DNA of 64,000 bases from Diplonema japonicum (Eukaryota > Protista > Euglenozoa: Diplonemea): positions 124,001 to 188,000 of the forward strand of contig OZ025648.1 in assembly GCA_964019335.1 (NCBI GenBank). Direction: 5' to 3'. Both the position numbers and the translations under genes were made by a program. This document shows, one piece after another, positions 45,903 through 57,427 of the stretch (position 1 is its first letter; the number at the start of each line of letters is the position of its first letter). A model generated the notes under the pieces. It was not told the origin of the DNA. It searched no databases and saw nothing but the letters and a program-made list of their open reading frames with translations.

Positions 45903-46745
45903 TTTTTTTTCAAAATACCAATGCAGGGCCGCTATGGAGAGCAACACCTGAGAAAAGGGAAAAAAAGGTGAAGGGAAACCATGGGGAAATAGGGAGGGCA
46001 AAGGACCAGGCTTCTGCAAGCAGGAGGAGCCCTGGTCCCCCACCAACCCGTGCTCTGCTTTGGGACAGCCGAAGAGGGCTGAATTACATTATTCCCTCAG
46101 TCAAGTGAGAGAAAAACGGGGGCCTACCTTCCAGCTGGATGTCCTTCTTTGGCTGGAACCTCCGACGGAAAGCCCCCCAGGGAGGTATTGCTCCTATTGA
46201 GCGAATCATTGGTGAGTGTGAAAAAAAAAAGGGGAAATGGGAAACAGTGAGAGGAAGGGGAAGGAAGGGAAAGGAAAGTGGGAAACACAACATTCCATTT
46301 AACACACACACACGGGGCGATCCCTTAGCGCAGCACGGGGGCCGCGGGACCGGCGTCAAGAGAGACCGGAGGAGGGGGCGGCACGTTTGAAGGTGCAGTG
46401 ACGTCTGTAGACGCCAGGGATGATGGCGAGGTGAACAGTCCGGAGCGTGACCAGGCGAGCAGGCCAGACTCAACAATGAGGTCGTAGATCTGGGTCACGC
46501 GTCTCGACAGGGAGAACGCTAGGGAGGGAGTACCAGCAGGAGTGTCGATCGCCCCCCTCCCGATCACAGGGCACCCACCGACAACATGCTCCCTGGACAT
46601 CGGTGCTGCGTGGCAGGCTGGGCACCGGAGCACACCCTTGTGCTTCCTGTTCGGGCCAGCAGTCTGCAGGAAGCCGAAGAAGAGAGCCGAGTGACCAATC
46701 CGCAGCCGCGAGATGACCGTTTCAGCTTGTCTGGGGAAGCCAATG
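45903..46745 (-). mobile_element. 5'-truncated family A copy (~840 bp)
   Basis: Near-identical to 33515-34372; TSD CCGATGCGAAATATT at 45888-45902 and 46750-46764. Confidence 0.93.
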
Positions 46746-46767
46746 CGACCCGATGCGAAATATTGGG

Positions 46768-49060
46768 CATAATAATAATAAATATTCCACTACCAGGCAG
46801 GAGGATCGAAGGGGAGTAGAGAAAACAATTCAAGGGGAAGGGAAAGGGATATCACTTCAAACCAAGAGAAGTGATTCGAAAGTGATCAGATTTTAAGAAC
46901 TTTGGAAGAGTTTCAATGTGAAAAATAAACAAGCTGACTGTGAAACTCCACCATCTGCTGGACTTGTTGGGCTTTCGGGAGCCAAAATTGAATTCAATTA
47001 AGTTTCGTTCTTCAATTTTTTTTTTTTTTCTTCTCAAAATAAAGGATTTCAAATCAAGCTCGATCGTGTACACCAAAGTTTGATTTAACTGTCCTTTTTT
47101 TTTTTTTTTTTTTTTTTTTTCCTTTTTTTTTTTCTTTCTATATGAAAGGTGAGTGAAAATTTGAATAACACTGGGGGCGGGGGCAGGGGCCTGGTAATGG
47201 AAAATAAGGGAAGACACTGGGGAAAGAGAGGAAAAGAAAGGATAGGAGTGAAGCCATAGTCGAGAGATTGATTCAGAAACAATTGCTGTCTGAAGTCGTA
47301 TAACAACTTCAGACCTCAATGTTTGGAGAATATAATATAATATAATCTATAAGCTTTTTTCACAGTGATCCCTGCCGCTCCAAGAGCTGGGCGGTCTTAC
47401 AGGCGTCGGTCGACAGGAGGACTTTGAGGGAAGGAAGAGAGCTACCGAAGATCTGACTCCTTTGGTCGATCCTCTTTTCGTCTTGGCATTCCCGTAGGAG
47501 GTGGCTTAGAGTCTGAGGTTGCGAACATAGATGGCACGGGACCTCCTCGACTGGGGGTATGAGTAGGTATCCGCAAGTGAGTGGGCTCTTCCCCACCCTC
47601 AGCCTCATGATCGCCACTTCCTTCTTTCTGTCCAGCTCCTCGAACTTCTCGAAGCTTCCGGCAAACAGCTCCCTGTACGTCTTTGTGACGCCAGTATCCT
47701 TCCATAGGCGGAGGTGGCTTCTGATGACATGCTTCCTCACCAGAGTTTTAACCACCTCAATGTCTGTCTCACGGGTGTGGGCCAGTCCTTTGCTCGCCTC
47801 TTTCGCCTTTTGGTCCGCCATCTCGTTCCACTTGTACCCGCAGTGACTCGGGACGTACTGAACGATTAGCTTGTGGCCTCTGCCTATCAAGCCCGCGACC
47901 TCCTGCCAGAGCTCGTAGTCATCTTTGGAGGCTGCTGACATGTGTCCACATCGTGGCACATCTTCCGTATCACTGACTGCGAATCTGTGCATACCAGAAC
48001 CATCCTTGGCTTGCAAGCTTCCTCTCTGAGAGTCTTGTCGCCAGTCGGATCCCTAGCCTCAGGGCCCTGAGTTCGCATTTGTAGGATGACGCCACTCACC
48101 TTGACGGCAGCGACCCTCTGGTCTAGGAAAGCGGCCACCCAGTCCGTAATTCTTTGCGGGTAGCCATTACTCCTCAATTTCGCATTTAGACCCTTGTGCC
48201 ACACTGTGTCGAAGGCGCCTTTCAGGTCGAAGAGCAATAGTCCGCCGCAGAACTCATCGTCTCTGATGCGGTTCAGTTTCGTGGTCACTTGCAGGACGTT
48301 CTCTTCTGTGGAGCGCCCTTTCCTGAAACCGGACTGCATCTTGTGCACCCTCTTCACATCTCCCACGTCTTGGTGGTAGTCGACCCTTATCTTTACTATC
48401 CTCTCCATTGTCTTTGAAATGTTGGAGGTAGCGATATCGGTCTGTACGATGCCGGATCACTTCTTGATTTGCCCTTTCCTTTGAAAAGTGGGATTATGTG
48501 CGTGAACCTCCAGTCTGATGGTACCACTCCCTTCTCCCATGACATATTGAACAGATGGAGTAATGTGTCCATGGCCGTCCCCCAGGTGTTTCAGCATCTC
48601 GTTGTACACTCCGTCTGGGCTCGGGGATTTCCCCTTCTTCAACTGCCTCAGCGCGTGCTTCAGTTCCTCCACTCAAGTCCTTGATCACTTTGGACTTCCT
48701 GTTTTCACCGTCCAGCATCTTCTTTGTGTCCTTGTTAAGGTGGGGTGCAAAAGCCTTTGCGTAGTGCCCCACAAGGACGTCTGCTTTTTGCTTCGCCGAT
48801 GTGTGTAGCTTGCCGCCTGCCATTAGTGGTGCTACTGGATCTTTGTCCTTCCTGCCATCGAGCGTTTTTATCGTCCTGAAAGCGTGTCCCTTTTTCTGAG
48901 ACAGCTCCTTCATGTAGTCGGCCCACGCTCTTTTCTTCCCTTCATCGATCTGTTTCTGCACTTGCCTGCTGATTTCACCAAGCCTCTCGCATTGATCTAT
49001 CGATGGGATGCCGATGTCCGACATAATCTCCTTCTTCAGAGCGTTTCTTTGCGCATCTTT
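46768..49060 (-). mobile_element. Degenerate RT-RNaseH LINE (family B, ATT tail), with frameshifts and deletions
   Basis: ORF fragments 'QSGFRKGRSTEE', 'FDLKGAFDTVWH', 'VCTDSQS', 'QYVPSHCG..WNEMAD' and 'CHLC..HLLREC'; 3' end CTGGTAGTGGAATATTTATTATTATT. Confidence 0.85.
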
Positions 49061-49948
49061 CTCGGTGTGGTCGAGGGTCGTTTCAGCATGTATGTCACTC
49101 TGCCTTTGTGGTCACCCCTACCTCCAGGTCTTCGAAAGCAGGGTTGTACGACTTGGGGGGGCCCGGCCCTAACAGACCTTACGTCGCCACCACTAACGCC
49201 TTGTCCCGTTTGGACACCCCTATACGTGCGGGGCCGGCCAGGATTTAGCCGCGAGTTGTAGCCACGTCGTACGAGCTTCCTTCGCGCAGAGAGATGACAT
49301 TGCTGTGACCCGTCGTCGTCGTCGTGTATTATTTTTTTTTAATATTTTTTTTTTATTTTTATCCCCTAAACGCCCGCGCGGACGTTTTTGTCCTTATTTC
49401 AAAATTTGCTTTTCGCTAAGTACTTTTTTTTGAACACGGCCCCTGGACTTCAAAATATGGCATTGTTGCGCGGTTTATTTTGTCTTGGAACTACATTTTG
49501 CGTTAAAAGTTTTGTTTTAATTGAAACCGGCAGGGTTCCTTGCACTTTCCTATGGTTACATGCTGCCCTTTTTTTGAGTATTCAAAGCAACAACAAAAAT
49601 GGGGGGAGTACCGTAGATAGGCTCCGGGCGTTTAGGGGTTATCTTTTTTTTTGTTGTTTTTTTTTTTTTTTTTCTCTTGTTCTTTTATGTTCTTTATGTT
49701 TTTTTTTTTTTTTTTTTGTTTTTGTTTTATTATTATTATTATTATTTTTTTTTTTTTGTAGACGAATTGGGGGGTTGGGGTTCTTTTTTCTTTTTTTTTT
49801 CTTTCTCATCTATTGGGATCGGTTTAGACAAAAACGAAATTTATAATTCACACCTTCACATGCACCCACTCCTTTTCTGTTGATGTCTCCTTGAGGATTG
49901 CTTTTGGAATTTGTCGATCCAACTCTGACTCAAACTTAAACACTTCGT

Positions 49949-50608
49949 TCAGCTAGTGGAGGTAAAAAGAAATTGTGACAAGCAACATACCAATGCTTCG
50001 CTGCAAGTCCAAATGAGACAATTGTGGTCGCTGGAGTAGCAGTGCCAGCGGGAAAGGGTGTCTGTCTTTGGGTGGAGCTTAACCAGCTCGAAGTGTTTCC
50101 CTCTTGCCTCAACTTGATAAAATTGGATGAGGGGAGTGGAGAGGAGGGAAAAGGTTTCTTTCGGTGTCACAGGCGGACCGTAGTTGTCCGCGCAGCACTG
50201 AGCTGCCATAAAAATATCACGCTCTGAGGTAAGATCCGCAGCAGATGTGATGCGACGCGTAACAACTTTGACAAGAGGCAAGCTGTCCAACCGTTTGGCA
50301 GCCTTTTCAGTGACCTCATGTATGCTGACACCCTTAGTCTCATACATTGCCCTCTTTAAGGACCTTTTCACCATCATCAACCGATTCTTCAGAAACAGGG
50401 CATCTCGCAAATCATCATCGTTCTCTACCTTCGTCCCCATCTCCCCCACAGCTTCCTCTCTCCCCACGACCATGTTCTCCGCAAAGTCAGTTGGTTTCAT
50501 CCCCAGCTTCCTGCTTGTCCTCGCTGCTTCGAATAAACTCTCCATGGTGGGGTCGACCTCCAACTTGTCTGTCTTCCCATTGTACGTCACCACCACTGTC
50601 GCAGACAT
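49949..50608 (-). CDS. Hypothetical protein (3' end may be spliced)
   Basis: ~220-aa ORF with coding-like composition. Confidence 0.55.
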   Translation of the reverse strand: MSATVVVTYNGKTDKLEVDPTMESLFEAARTSRKLGMKPTDFAENMVVGREEAVGEMGTKVENDDDLRDALFLKNRLMMVKRSLKRAMYETKGVSIHEVTEKAAKRLDSLPLVKVVTRRITSAADLTSERDIFMAAQCCADNYGPPVTPKETFSLLSTPLIQFYQVEARGKHFELVKLHPKTDTLSRWHCYSSDHNCLIWTCSEALVCCLSQFLFTSTS

Positions 50609-50724
50609 GATACCTGTTGGAAGGAGTGTTGGAGAGGAGTGCAAACGAACAAAGGCCGGTACGTTTCGGTAGCAAAAAAAAAAGGGGGTTTTTTAAAAGG
50701 GGAAAGGGTTATGGACGGGGCCTA

Positions 50725-51312
50725 TCACAGCTCCTCCTCAAAGATGGTGGCGGTCTTGATGAAGCTGAGCTCCGGGAAAGCCTCCTTGAGGTACTCATTT
50801 CCACGCTTTTGGATTTGCCCCTGGTTGGGCTTCTGCCCGGCCCCTGCGTAGATGCTTGTTACAACATCCATGCCCTCGATAACCTTACCAAAAGGGGGGA
50901 ATCCCATGCCATCCAGGTTTGCGTTGTTCCCGTAGTTGATGAACACCTGCGTGGTGCGTGTGTCCGGACCTGCCTTCGCGAACGAGATGTACCCCTTCTC
51001 GTTGGACACTTCTGCGATGCGCGGGTCGTCCTTAATTTTCTTCGCCTGCCACTCCGTAGCAGCTTCAGCGTCACCGGGGATCCCCCACTGCACAACAAAC
51101 CCAGGAACCACCCTGAAAAACCTTGCTTCGTCCCACACCTTCTGCTCCACGATCTCCTTAAACCTAGCCGCACCCAAAGGGGCCCAATCGGGATGCACTT
51201 CTACCACGAACGACGCATCTTTGTCGGCATCCAGCTGCACATCAAACTTCACCTTGTAGACATTGTCGGCAGCAATGCCCAGGCACAGGGCGGCAAGCAG
51301 GAGCGTTCTCAT
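50725..51312 (-). CDS. Secreted cyclophilin-type peptidyl-prolyl isomerase
   Basis: Signal peptide; 'FFRVVPGFVVQWG', 'ISFAKAGPDTRTTQVFIN', 'FGKVIEGMDVV'; C-terminal EEL (possible ER-retention signal). Confidence 0.92.
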   Translation of the reverse strand: MRTLLLAALCLGIAADNVYKVKFDVQLDADKDASFVVEVHPDWAPLGAARFKEIVEQKVWDEARFFRVVPGFVVQWGIPGDAEAATEWQAKKIKDDPRIAEVSNEKGYISFAKAGPDTRTTQVFINYGNNANLDGMGFPPFGKVIEGMDVVTSIYAGAGQKPNQGQIQKRGNEYLKEAFPELSFIKTATIFEEEL

Positions 51313-51387
51313 TTTGTAGGCTGAGCCGAGGACTATGCTTAAGCAAATGACAAAAAAGGTGAATACAACCAAAGTAATACAAATGTG

Positions 51388-52587
51388 CTACTCACTGTAA
51401 GGCGTGTCACAGACCTGACAAATGGCATCCCCTGCAAGATTTGCGTATAAACAGACAGAGCACTCCCACTCTGGTGCTGGTGGTGCGGCTTCATTAGGAA
51501 GGGGTGTGGGGACCGCTTCCGTAACTGGTGCTGGTGGTTCTATTGGCGGTGTTTCTACTTCAGGTTCTGGTACAAATTCAGGTGTTTTCGGTTCTGGCGC
51601 AACTTCGGGTTCTCTAGATTCTGGTGGTGGGTTAGCTGCCGCTGTTGGAGAGTCGGTGGCTGGGAGGGGCGTCTCATCCTTTTGTTGAGGTCGTTCAGGT
51701 TCAGGTATATCTGCTTCTTTCGTCTGCTCAGTTTTTTCAACATTACTGTTGGGGCTTCCTTCCCGCGAACTCTGCACATCGCTTACTTCCACCTCACCCT
51801 CGCTGATGTCTTCCCTTGCCTCGTGCCCTTCTTTCGCAGCCTGCGTGTCTTGATGCACTGATATCGAAGGGACCATGTCTGGCACGTCACCAACATCGAG
51901 GCCGGGGATGATAGAGGGGAGCAGATCTTCGGCTCCGACTGGTCCATGGAGACCCCCCGACCGCTCGCAGATGGACGACAGGGGCTTCAACAGCTTTTGA
52001 AGGAACGCATGCTGCGCACGGACATCGTCCCATGTGGCGTCGTTGCCGAGCGTTGTGGCAAACCACTTCCCTACTTTCTTTGCGAACTTGAGGTCTGCGG
52101 TGGGCTGCAGGGAAGGTGAAGGCGAACCTGCCCTGCGTGGGGATGCCCTCCGTGTTTCCGCTGCTTTCTTCAGGTAGTCGTAGATTTTGTTGTGCTTCTG
52201 GGTGCGTGCCAGTGCTTGCGGTGTGGCATTTGCTTGGTTCCTGGCACGTAGCCTCGTTTTGGTGTTTTTGACAAGCCACTTCACCACATGGAGATGGTTC
52301 GAAAAGGCCGCTTCATGGAGAGGTGTGTTGTTCCTCTCGCAACGTGCGTGCACACATGCCCCAGCCTCGACAAGGGTCTTCACAACGTTAAGGTGTCCCC
52401 TTGCACAGGCCACGTGTAGTCCTGTTTCGTCGAAGACACCACCTTGGTGCTCCACACGGGCACCTTCCTCTATTGCAGATGTCACGTCCTCCTCGTTCCC
52501 CTCCTTGCAGGCTTGGAACAGTTTGTCGTCTACACGCAGCTCCTGCTTCCGCGTCAACCTGCCTGGCGACCTTGCAGGCGAAGACAT
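51388..52587 (-). CDS. Ankyrin-repeat protein with C-terminal RanBP2-type zinc finger
   Basis: 'TGLHVAC..GH', 'TPLHEAA'; 'WECSVCLYAN....CQVC'. Confidence 0.88.
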   Translation of the reverse strand: MSSPARSPGRLTRKQELRVDDKLFQACKEGNEEDVTSAIEEGARVEHQGGVFDETGLHVACARGHLNVVKTLVEAGACVHARCERNNTPLHEAAFSNHLHVVKWLVKNTKTRLRARNQANATPQALARTQKHNKIYDYLKKAAETRRASPRRAGSPSPSLQPTADLKFAKKVGKWFATTLGNDATWDDVRAQHAFLQKLLKPLSSICERSGGLHGPVGAEDLLPSIIPGLDVGDVPDMVPSISVHQDTQAAKEGHEAREDISEGEVEVSDVQSSREGSPNSNVEKTEQTKEADIPEPERPQQKDETPLPATDSPTAAANPPPESREPEVAPEPKTPEFVPEPEVETPPIEPPAPVTEAVPTPLPNEAAPPAPEWECSVCLYANLAGDAICQVCDTPYSE

Positions 52588-52733
52588 GGATGGGTCTGTG
52601 TTTCTCCCCCTTCGTTTATATTAAAAAAAAAAAAGACAAATGTCATCAATCAAAAAAAAATTTATGAGTTAAAGGAGGCCGGTGTTGGCGGCGCCCTTGT
52701 TTAAAAAAAAAAAAAAATAACAACCGTGTAACA

Positions 52734-53195
52734 TTAATAAGAGTCCCTTGGGACCTTCAGCAGCACGTTCATGTACTCGTAGAAGGACAGGCGGTCCTTC
52801 CCAGAGAGGCCTGTGGCGTACATAATGTGGTCGAACTCCCTCTCGCGAAGGGAGCTTCCTGCCAGAAGACAGGCTTGCTTGAGCTCGTCCACGTATATGT
52901 ACCCGGTGTCGTACTCATCTAGTATTTTAAACAGGTTGATGAGCTCCGTTCGCTCGTTTTCAGGTTCAGGAGGTGCTTGTATCCGGGCCATCATGTCAAG
53001 TATGCTTGGGAAGTTGATATACCCGTCGATGTTGTACTCAGGCACCAGATCGTCCAGCACATCCGGCACAATGCTCAACCCCGTCAGCCTGATGTAGTCA
53101 CCCAGACTGTCAACCGACAGCAGGTCCTTCTTGTTCCCCAGCTTCGAGAATGCGTCCTCGTACTTCCTCATCTGTTTGCTTGTTATACCCAACAT
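52734..53195 (-). CDS. Calmodulin/centrin-like EF-hand protein
   Basis: 153 aa; 'FKILDEYDTGYIYVDEL'. Confidence 0.8.
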   Translation of the reverse strand: MLGITSKQMRKYEDAFSKLGNKKDLLSVDSLGDYIRLTGLSIVPDVLDDLVPEYNIDGYINFPSILDMMARIQAPPEPENERTELINLFKILDEYDTGYIYVDELKQACLLAGSSLREREFDHIMYATGLSGKDRLSFYEYMNVLLKVPRDSY

Positions 53196-53396
53196 TGCTC
53201 CTCTTCCACCCTCCTTTTTTCTTTTTTTTTTAAACCGTCCAAGAGCGGGAAAAAGAAAAAAAAAGAAAAAAGAAAAAAAAAAAATAAAGGAAGGACAACA
53301 AACTCCGGAAGGAACAACACCCGTGCGATCTAGCGACCCCGGACGTTTTCTTTTTCGCTTTCCGAGTCTTTTTTTCTTCTTCGTTTTCGTTTTTTT

Positions 53397-54497
53397 TCAT
53401 TCGATAAGGTCGAAGGTAGTCTCCCCTTTTTCGGTTCCGTTGACGATGATGGCGACCTTGTGCTCGCCTGTGTAGTGCTTCCGCGTGCTAAGGTCAGCGA
53501 AGGTGTGCCGTTTGGTGACCTTGCCGCTGACCCCAGCACGTCTTTCGCTAAGCTTGAAGACCTTCCTGCTGAGACGGCCGTTCTTCTTCCTGTAATAAAC
53601 ACCGTACTCAAGACGGACAGGTGCTGATGACTCGTCAGAGCTGTCGGGAAGCTTCATGTTGAACGTGATTTCCCCAGCTTCACCAATCTCAATCTTTTTA
53701 GGGTGCATGGCCAGCTTCGTGATCTTGATATCTGTGGAGTCGGCGAACCCGAAGAGGGACATCGCCTCAGGGTTACCACTTTTGAGAAGCGTGCGCAGGC
53801 CGTGTTTTATAACCCATGTGGTGTGTTGTGAAGATGTGCTTTCTTTCCATTCCTTTGCCAGCTGTAAAGCCAATTCGGGGTGGTCTTTGGAAATGTCATT
53901 TAAGTTGTTCGCTACTGATCTCCTTACAGTTTCTTCCGTGTCGTCTTTCAACAGAGTCAGGATCGGTATCACTTGTGAGGCGTCTTGTTGCAGTTCTGGG
54001 AGCCCTGCAGCCCATGGCAGGCGAGGGCGGCAGCCTTCTGAAGCAAGCCTGCGAACGTGGACATTATCACTTTCCGCCCATTTCATCATTTGAAGCATCA
54101 TCTTGTCCTTGTTTTTTAAGATGAAGGGTCGTACGGCAAATTCCGAGCTGGAGTTTTTTGTGAAGCTTTCAAGACCGTCCATTGCAACGGCCCAGTTTTC
54201 CAGCCCGTCGGGGTGCCTTCCTATAAACTCTGGGAAACACATTCCTTGCAGCCCTGTGAATTGTTTCGACACCGGTTTTAATATTTTAATGGATTCTGCA
54301 AAGTCTTTTGGTAGTACCTCTCGTAGTGAATCGGCTACGTGTGCTACCCTGCTCTTCAGTTCCCTGTCGTCCCATGTGTCGTCAAGAATAGTTTTGACAA
54401 GATGTTGTTTAGAGAGGTTGTTGTAACTCTCACCGACTGCTTTCGCAACGCTTGCGACAAACTTTCCATTCAAAACATGCTTTAAAGCCTCAGGCAT
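53397..54497 (-). CDS. DNA alkylation repair protein (HEAT-like, bacterial COG4335/AlkC-AlkD-like)
   Basis: 'SSEFAVRPF', 'HVRRLASEGCRPRLPW', 'VRRSVANNLNDISKDHP' and 'STRKHYTGEH..IIVNG'; intronless. Confidence 0.88.
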   Translation of the reverse strand: MPEALKHVLNGKFVASVAKAVGESYNNLSKQHLVKTILDDTWDDRELKSRVAHVADSLREVLPKDFAESIKILKPVSKQFTGLQGMCFPEFIGRHPDGLENWAVAMDGLESFTKNSSSEFAVRPFILKNKDKMMLQMMKWAESDNVHVRRLASEGCRPRLPWAAGLPELQQDASQVIPILTLLKDDTEETVRRSVANNLNDISKDHPELALQLAKEWKESTSSQHTTWVIKHGLRTLLKSGNPEAMSLFGFADSTDIKITKLAMHPKKIEIGEAGEITFNMKLPDSSDESSAPVRLEYGVYYRKKNGRLSRKVFKLSERRAGVSGKVTKRHTFADLSTRKHYTGEHKVAIIVNGTEKGETTFDLIE

Positions 54498-55157
54498 TGT
54501 TAGCTAGTGTGTCCTGGTGGAAATAAAAGGGTTTTGTGAAGTCGGAAAAGGAGAAGAACAACAAAGACCAAAAAAAAAGGGGGGGGGAATCATACACAGC
54601 ACAGCTCACCGAAAGAGGGACATCCCCCTCGGCTTTTGCGAAACTTATCACCCCTTGATATGCTGCGTATGAATTATAGCTAGCAAGGGAATAAAGAAGA
54701 AGAAGAAAAAGGAGAGAAAAAGAAAATTGGAATGAATGAAAGGAGAGGGCTCGCCTACGTTTTATTTATAACTGTAACTGTTCTTTTGCCCCCCCTGCAA
54801 TCTTTCGATTTCCCGCCCTTATTTTCTTCTTCTTCTTCTTCTTTTTCTTTTCAGGGAAGGGAGGGGTTTCCCCCCCCCTCATTTTGAGTATAATAACAAC
54901 AAAGAAAAGAAGACATAAAGCTTCTGCGACAAAACACTTTCTTTTTTGTTTTCTTTTTTTTTTTTTAATTACTGGTTTAGTTTTCTTCTTAGAACAGAAC
55001 CTTTTTCAGCTTCTAATGTTTTCTTTTCTTTTTTTTCAAATTGTTTTGATTGTATTTCTAGGGGAGGAATAAAGGGAAAAAAAAAAAAAAGAAAAAAAAA
55101 AGAAAAAGAAAAAAGAAGAAAACACACACACACACACACAAGGAACCATAAAATACT

Positions 55158-55197
<40 letters not shown>

Positions 55198-55482
55198 ACA
55201 AACATATTCTCTTTCGAGACAAATCAGTTACAGCATAGTCAGGAATTCCTCGCTATTGGAAAAGAAGTAATATTGAGTCTGTAGGAGTGAGTCTAGTCAG
55301 GCGAACACTAGAGGTCTTCCCCATGCCTGACTACGTTCGATAGGCAAACTGTGGAAAATCTCGACCTAGAGAGGTAAGCCAACTAAAAGAAGAATACACA
55401 AAAAAAAAAAGTCGGGGACCTAACATTTGTTTGTGCACACGGCAATTATGAGAAAACTGCATTGCTACAAATGAAGGGAATG

Positions 55483-55514
<32 letters not shown>

Positions 55515-55581
55515 AGTTTTGCAACTCTGAAGAGAACAGATATAGCGTGCACTGTTGTAATAACGCCTTTTCTTCACCAGT

Positions 55582-55617
<36 letters not shown>

Positions 55618-56193
55618 CACCCAGGTGAAGAATGGAGATCTGGGAAGCGGCTTTACAATGAGTAGGGGGGGGGGAAGAAAAAAAAGGGGGAAATAGGACG
55701 GCTTTGTTAGTTGCTTCATAAGCCACCCGGCATATGAGCAACTAGCAAATGGAATCTTCCCTCTTCTGCACTGAAGGATCGCGATGCTCTGTCACTCTTT
55801 TCTCCGCGTTGCCTTTCAAGTACACTCCTTGGATTAGTTTTCATGCACTTGAAGGACAGTTAAAAAAAAAAAAAAAAAGAAGAAAAAAAAAGATTGCGGG
55901 CACCGACTAAGTCGTTCCTTTGTCCCGATGACGTTTCGTTTTTAACACAAAGGTTAACAAAAAAAAAAAGAGTCGGTTTGTTGTCGTTTGTGCACAGCCG
56001 GGATTAACCTGTAGAAAGATAAGCCCAGCAATGCCACACTACCCCTTTTAGCACTAACAATTCATTATCTATATATTGCTTTTTCTTATTCATGCAAAAA
56101 TAAAATAAAATAAAATAAATAAACAGGCGAGATTCTCTTTTGATAACTACAATAACAGGTGCCTTCTGTTATATATCATAAAAAAAAAAAAAG

Positions 56194-56840
56194 GCTATTT
56201 ATTAAGTGAAAATAAGATAGCATTATTTCACGCGTGGTGGCAGGGGGTTTAACGAGTAAAAAGCTACGAGTTAAACCTGCCACCACAAGTGGAATAATGC
56301 TCTTATTTTCACTCATACGTTGTTTTATTTAACAAGAGCCGGGTTTGAAAGGGTGGGAGGTTACAGGGTTACAACAAGTGAAAAGTGGGATTGGGTTACA
56401 GGGTGTGGGAGTTACACCGTCGCTAAATTTCAGTTTGTGCGACAGTTTGTCCAAACATGCAAGCTGCATATGCCTGACGCACTATGTTGTTGCTGAATTT
56501 CATTGCCAGATACTCTTTCATTTGTTCCTGACTAAACACCGAAGCTTTTTTCACCTCATGGGCTTCTTCAAAAGAAGTGCAACCCTGGGAAAGCTCTGCA
56601 TTCTTTTACCGAAGTTTCGTTGGATGATGGCGTTTATCTTGCTGTAACTTGCCCTAAACCTAGGTGGAATAGGTGAAATTAGGCCCAGGAGTGAAATAAT
56701 GTTACATTATTTCACGCTCGAACATTATTTCACTCCTGGGCCTAATTCAAGGTAAACTGGGAGTGAAAATAAAGCTGGGAGTGACATAAAGTAAAATCTT
56801 ATTTTCATTCCCACCCTTGAAAACCCGGCTCGAGTTATAT
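56194..56840 (-). mobile_element. Related non-autonomous DNA element with long hairpins
   Basis: Terminus GCTATTTAT (reverse complement of ATAAATAGC); hairpin 56206-56312; inverted repeats 56681-56743 and 56335-56358/56808-56833. Confidence 0.6.
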
Positions 56841-57389
56841 AAAAAAAAAAAAAAAAATAAATAAAAATGGGGCATTGATTGCAACAGGAAGAGAGAGAAA
56901 AAAAAAAAAAAAGAAAGAAAGTAAATGGAAACAAAGGTTTTTCTTTTTTTTTTTTTTTTTTTCTTTTTTTTTTTCCTGTTCTTTTCTTGAATTCAAACAT
57001 TTAACCATCAACCAACGAACGGGCTTAAACGGCACTGGGCACCCTAGAAGAGTCCATGCTTTTGGTCAGTGTTGCCCCTCCAGGGTAAAAAATAAAATAA
57101 TAAAAAAATAAAAAATACCCGTTTTGGTATGTGGTTACATGTATACATAGGAGGACTTACCGGAATAGGGGTGGGACTGATGTATGTTGACAACAAAGGG
57201 TAGCATAACCCATCAAAGTTGCTGTGTTTTTGTATCAGTATATGGATAAATTGGGGGGGGGGGGGGGGGGGGAGAGAGTTCGGGTCGGGGGGCAGGGGAG
57301 AGTAGCTACAGTGAAAAGTGGGTGAGCAATATATGCTCAGTACCTCCATCCACCCGTATTCACCCCCTGATAACCCCCTTCTGTTTCTT

Positions 57390-57425
<36 letters not shown>

Positions 57426-57427
<2 letters not shown>

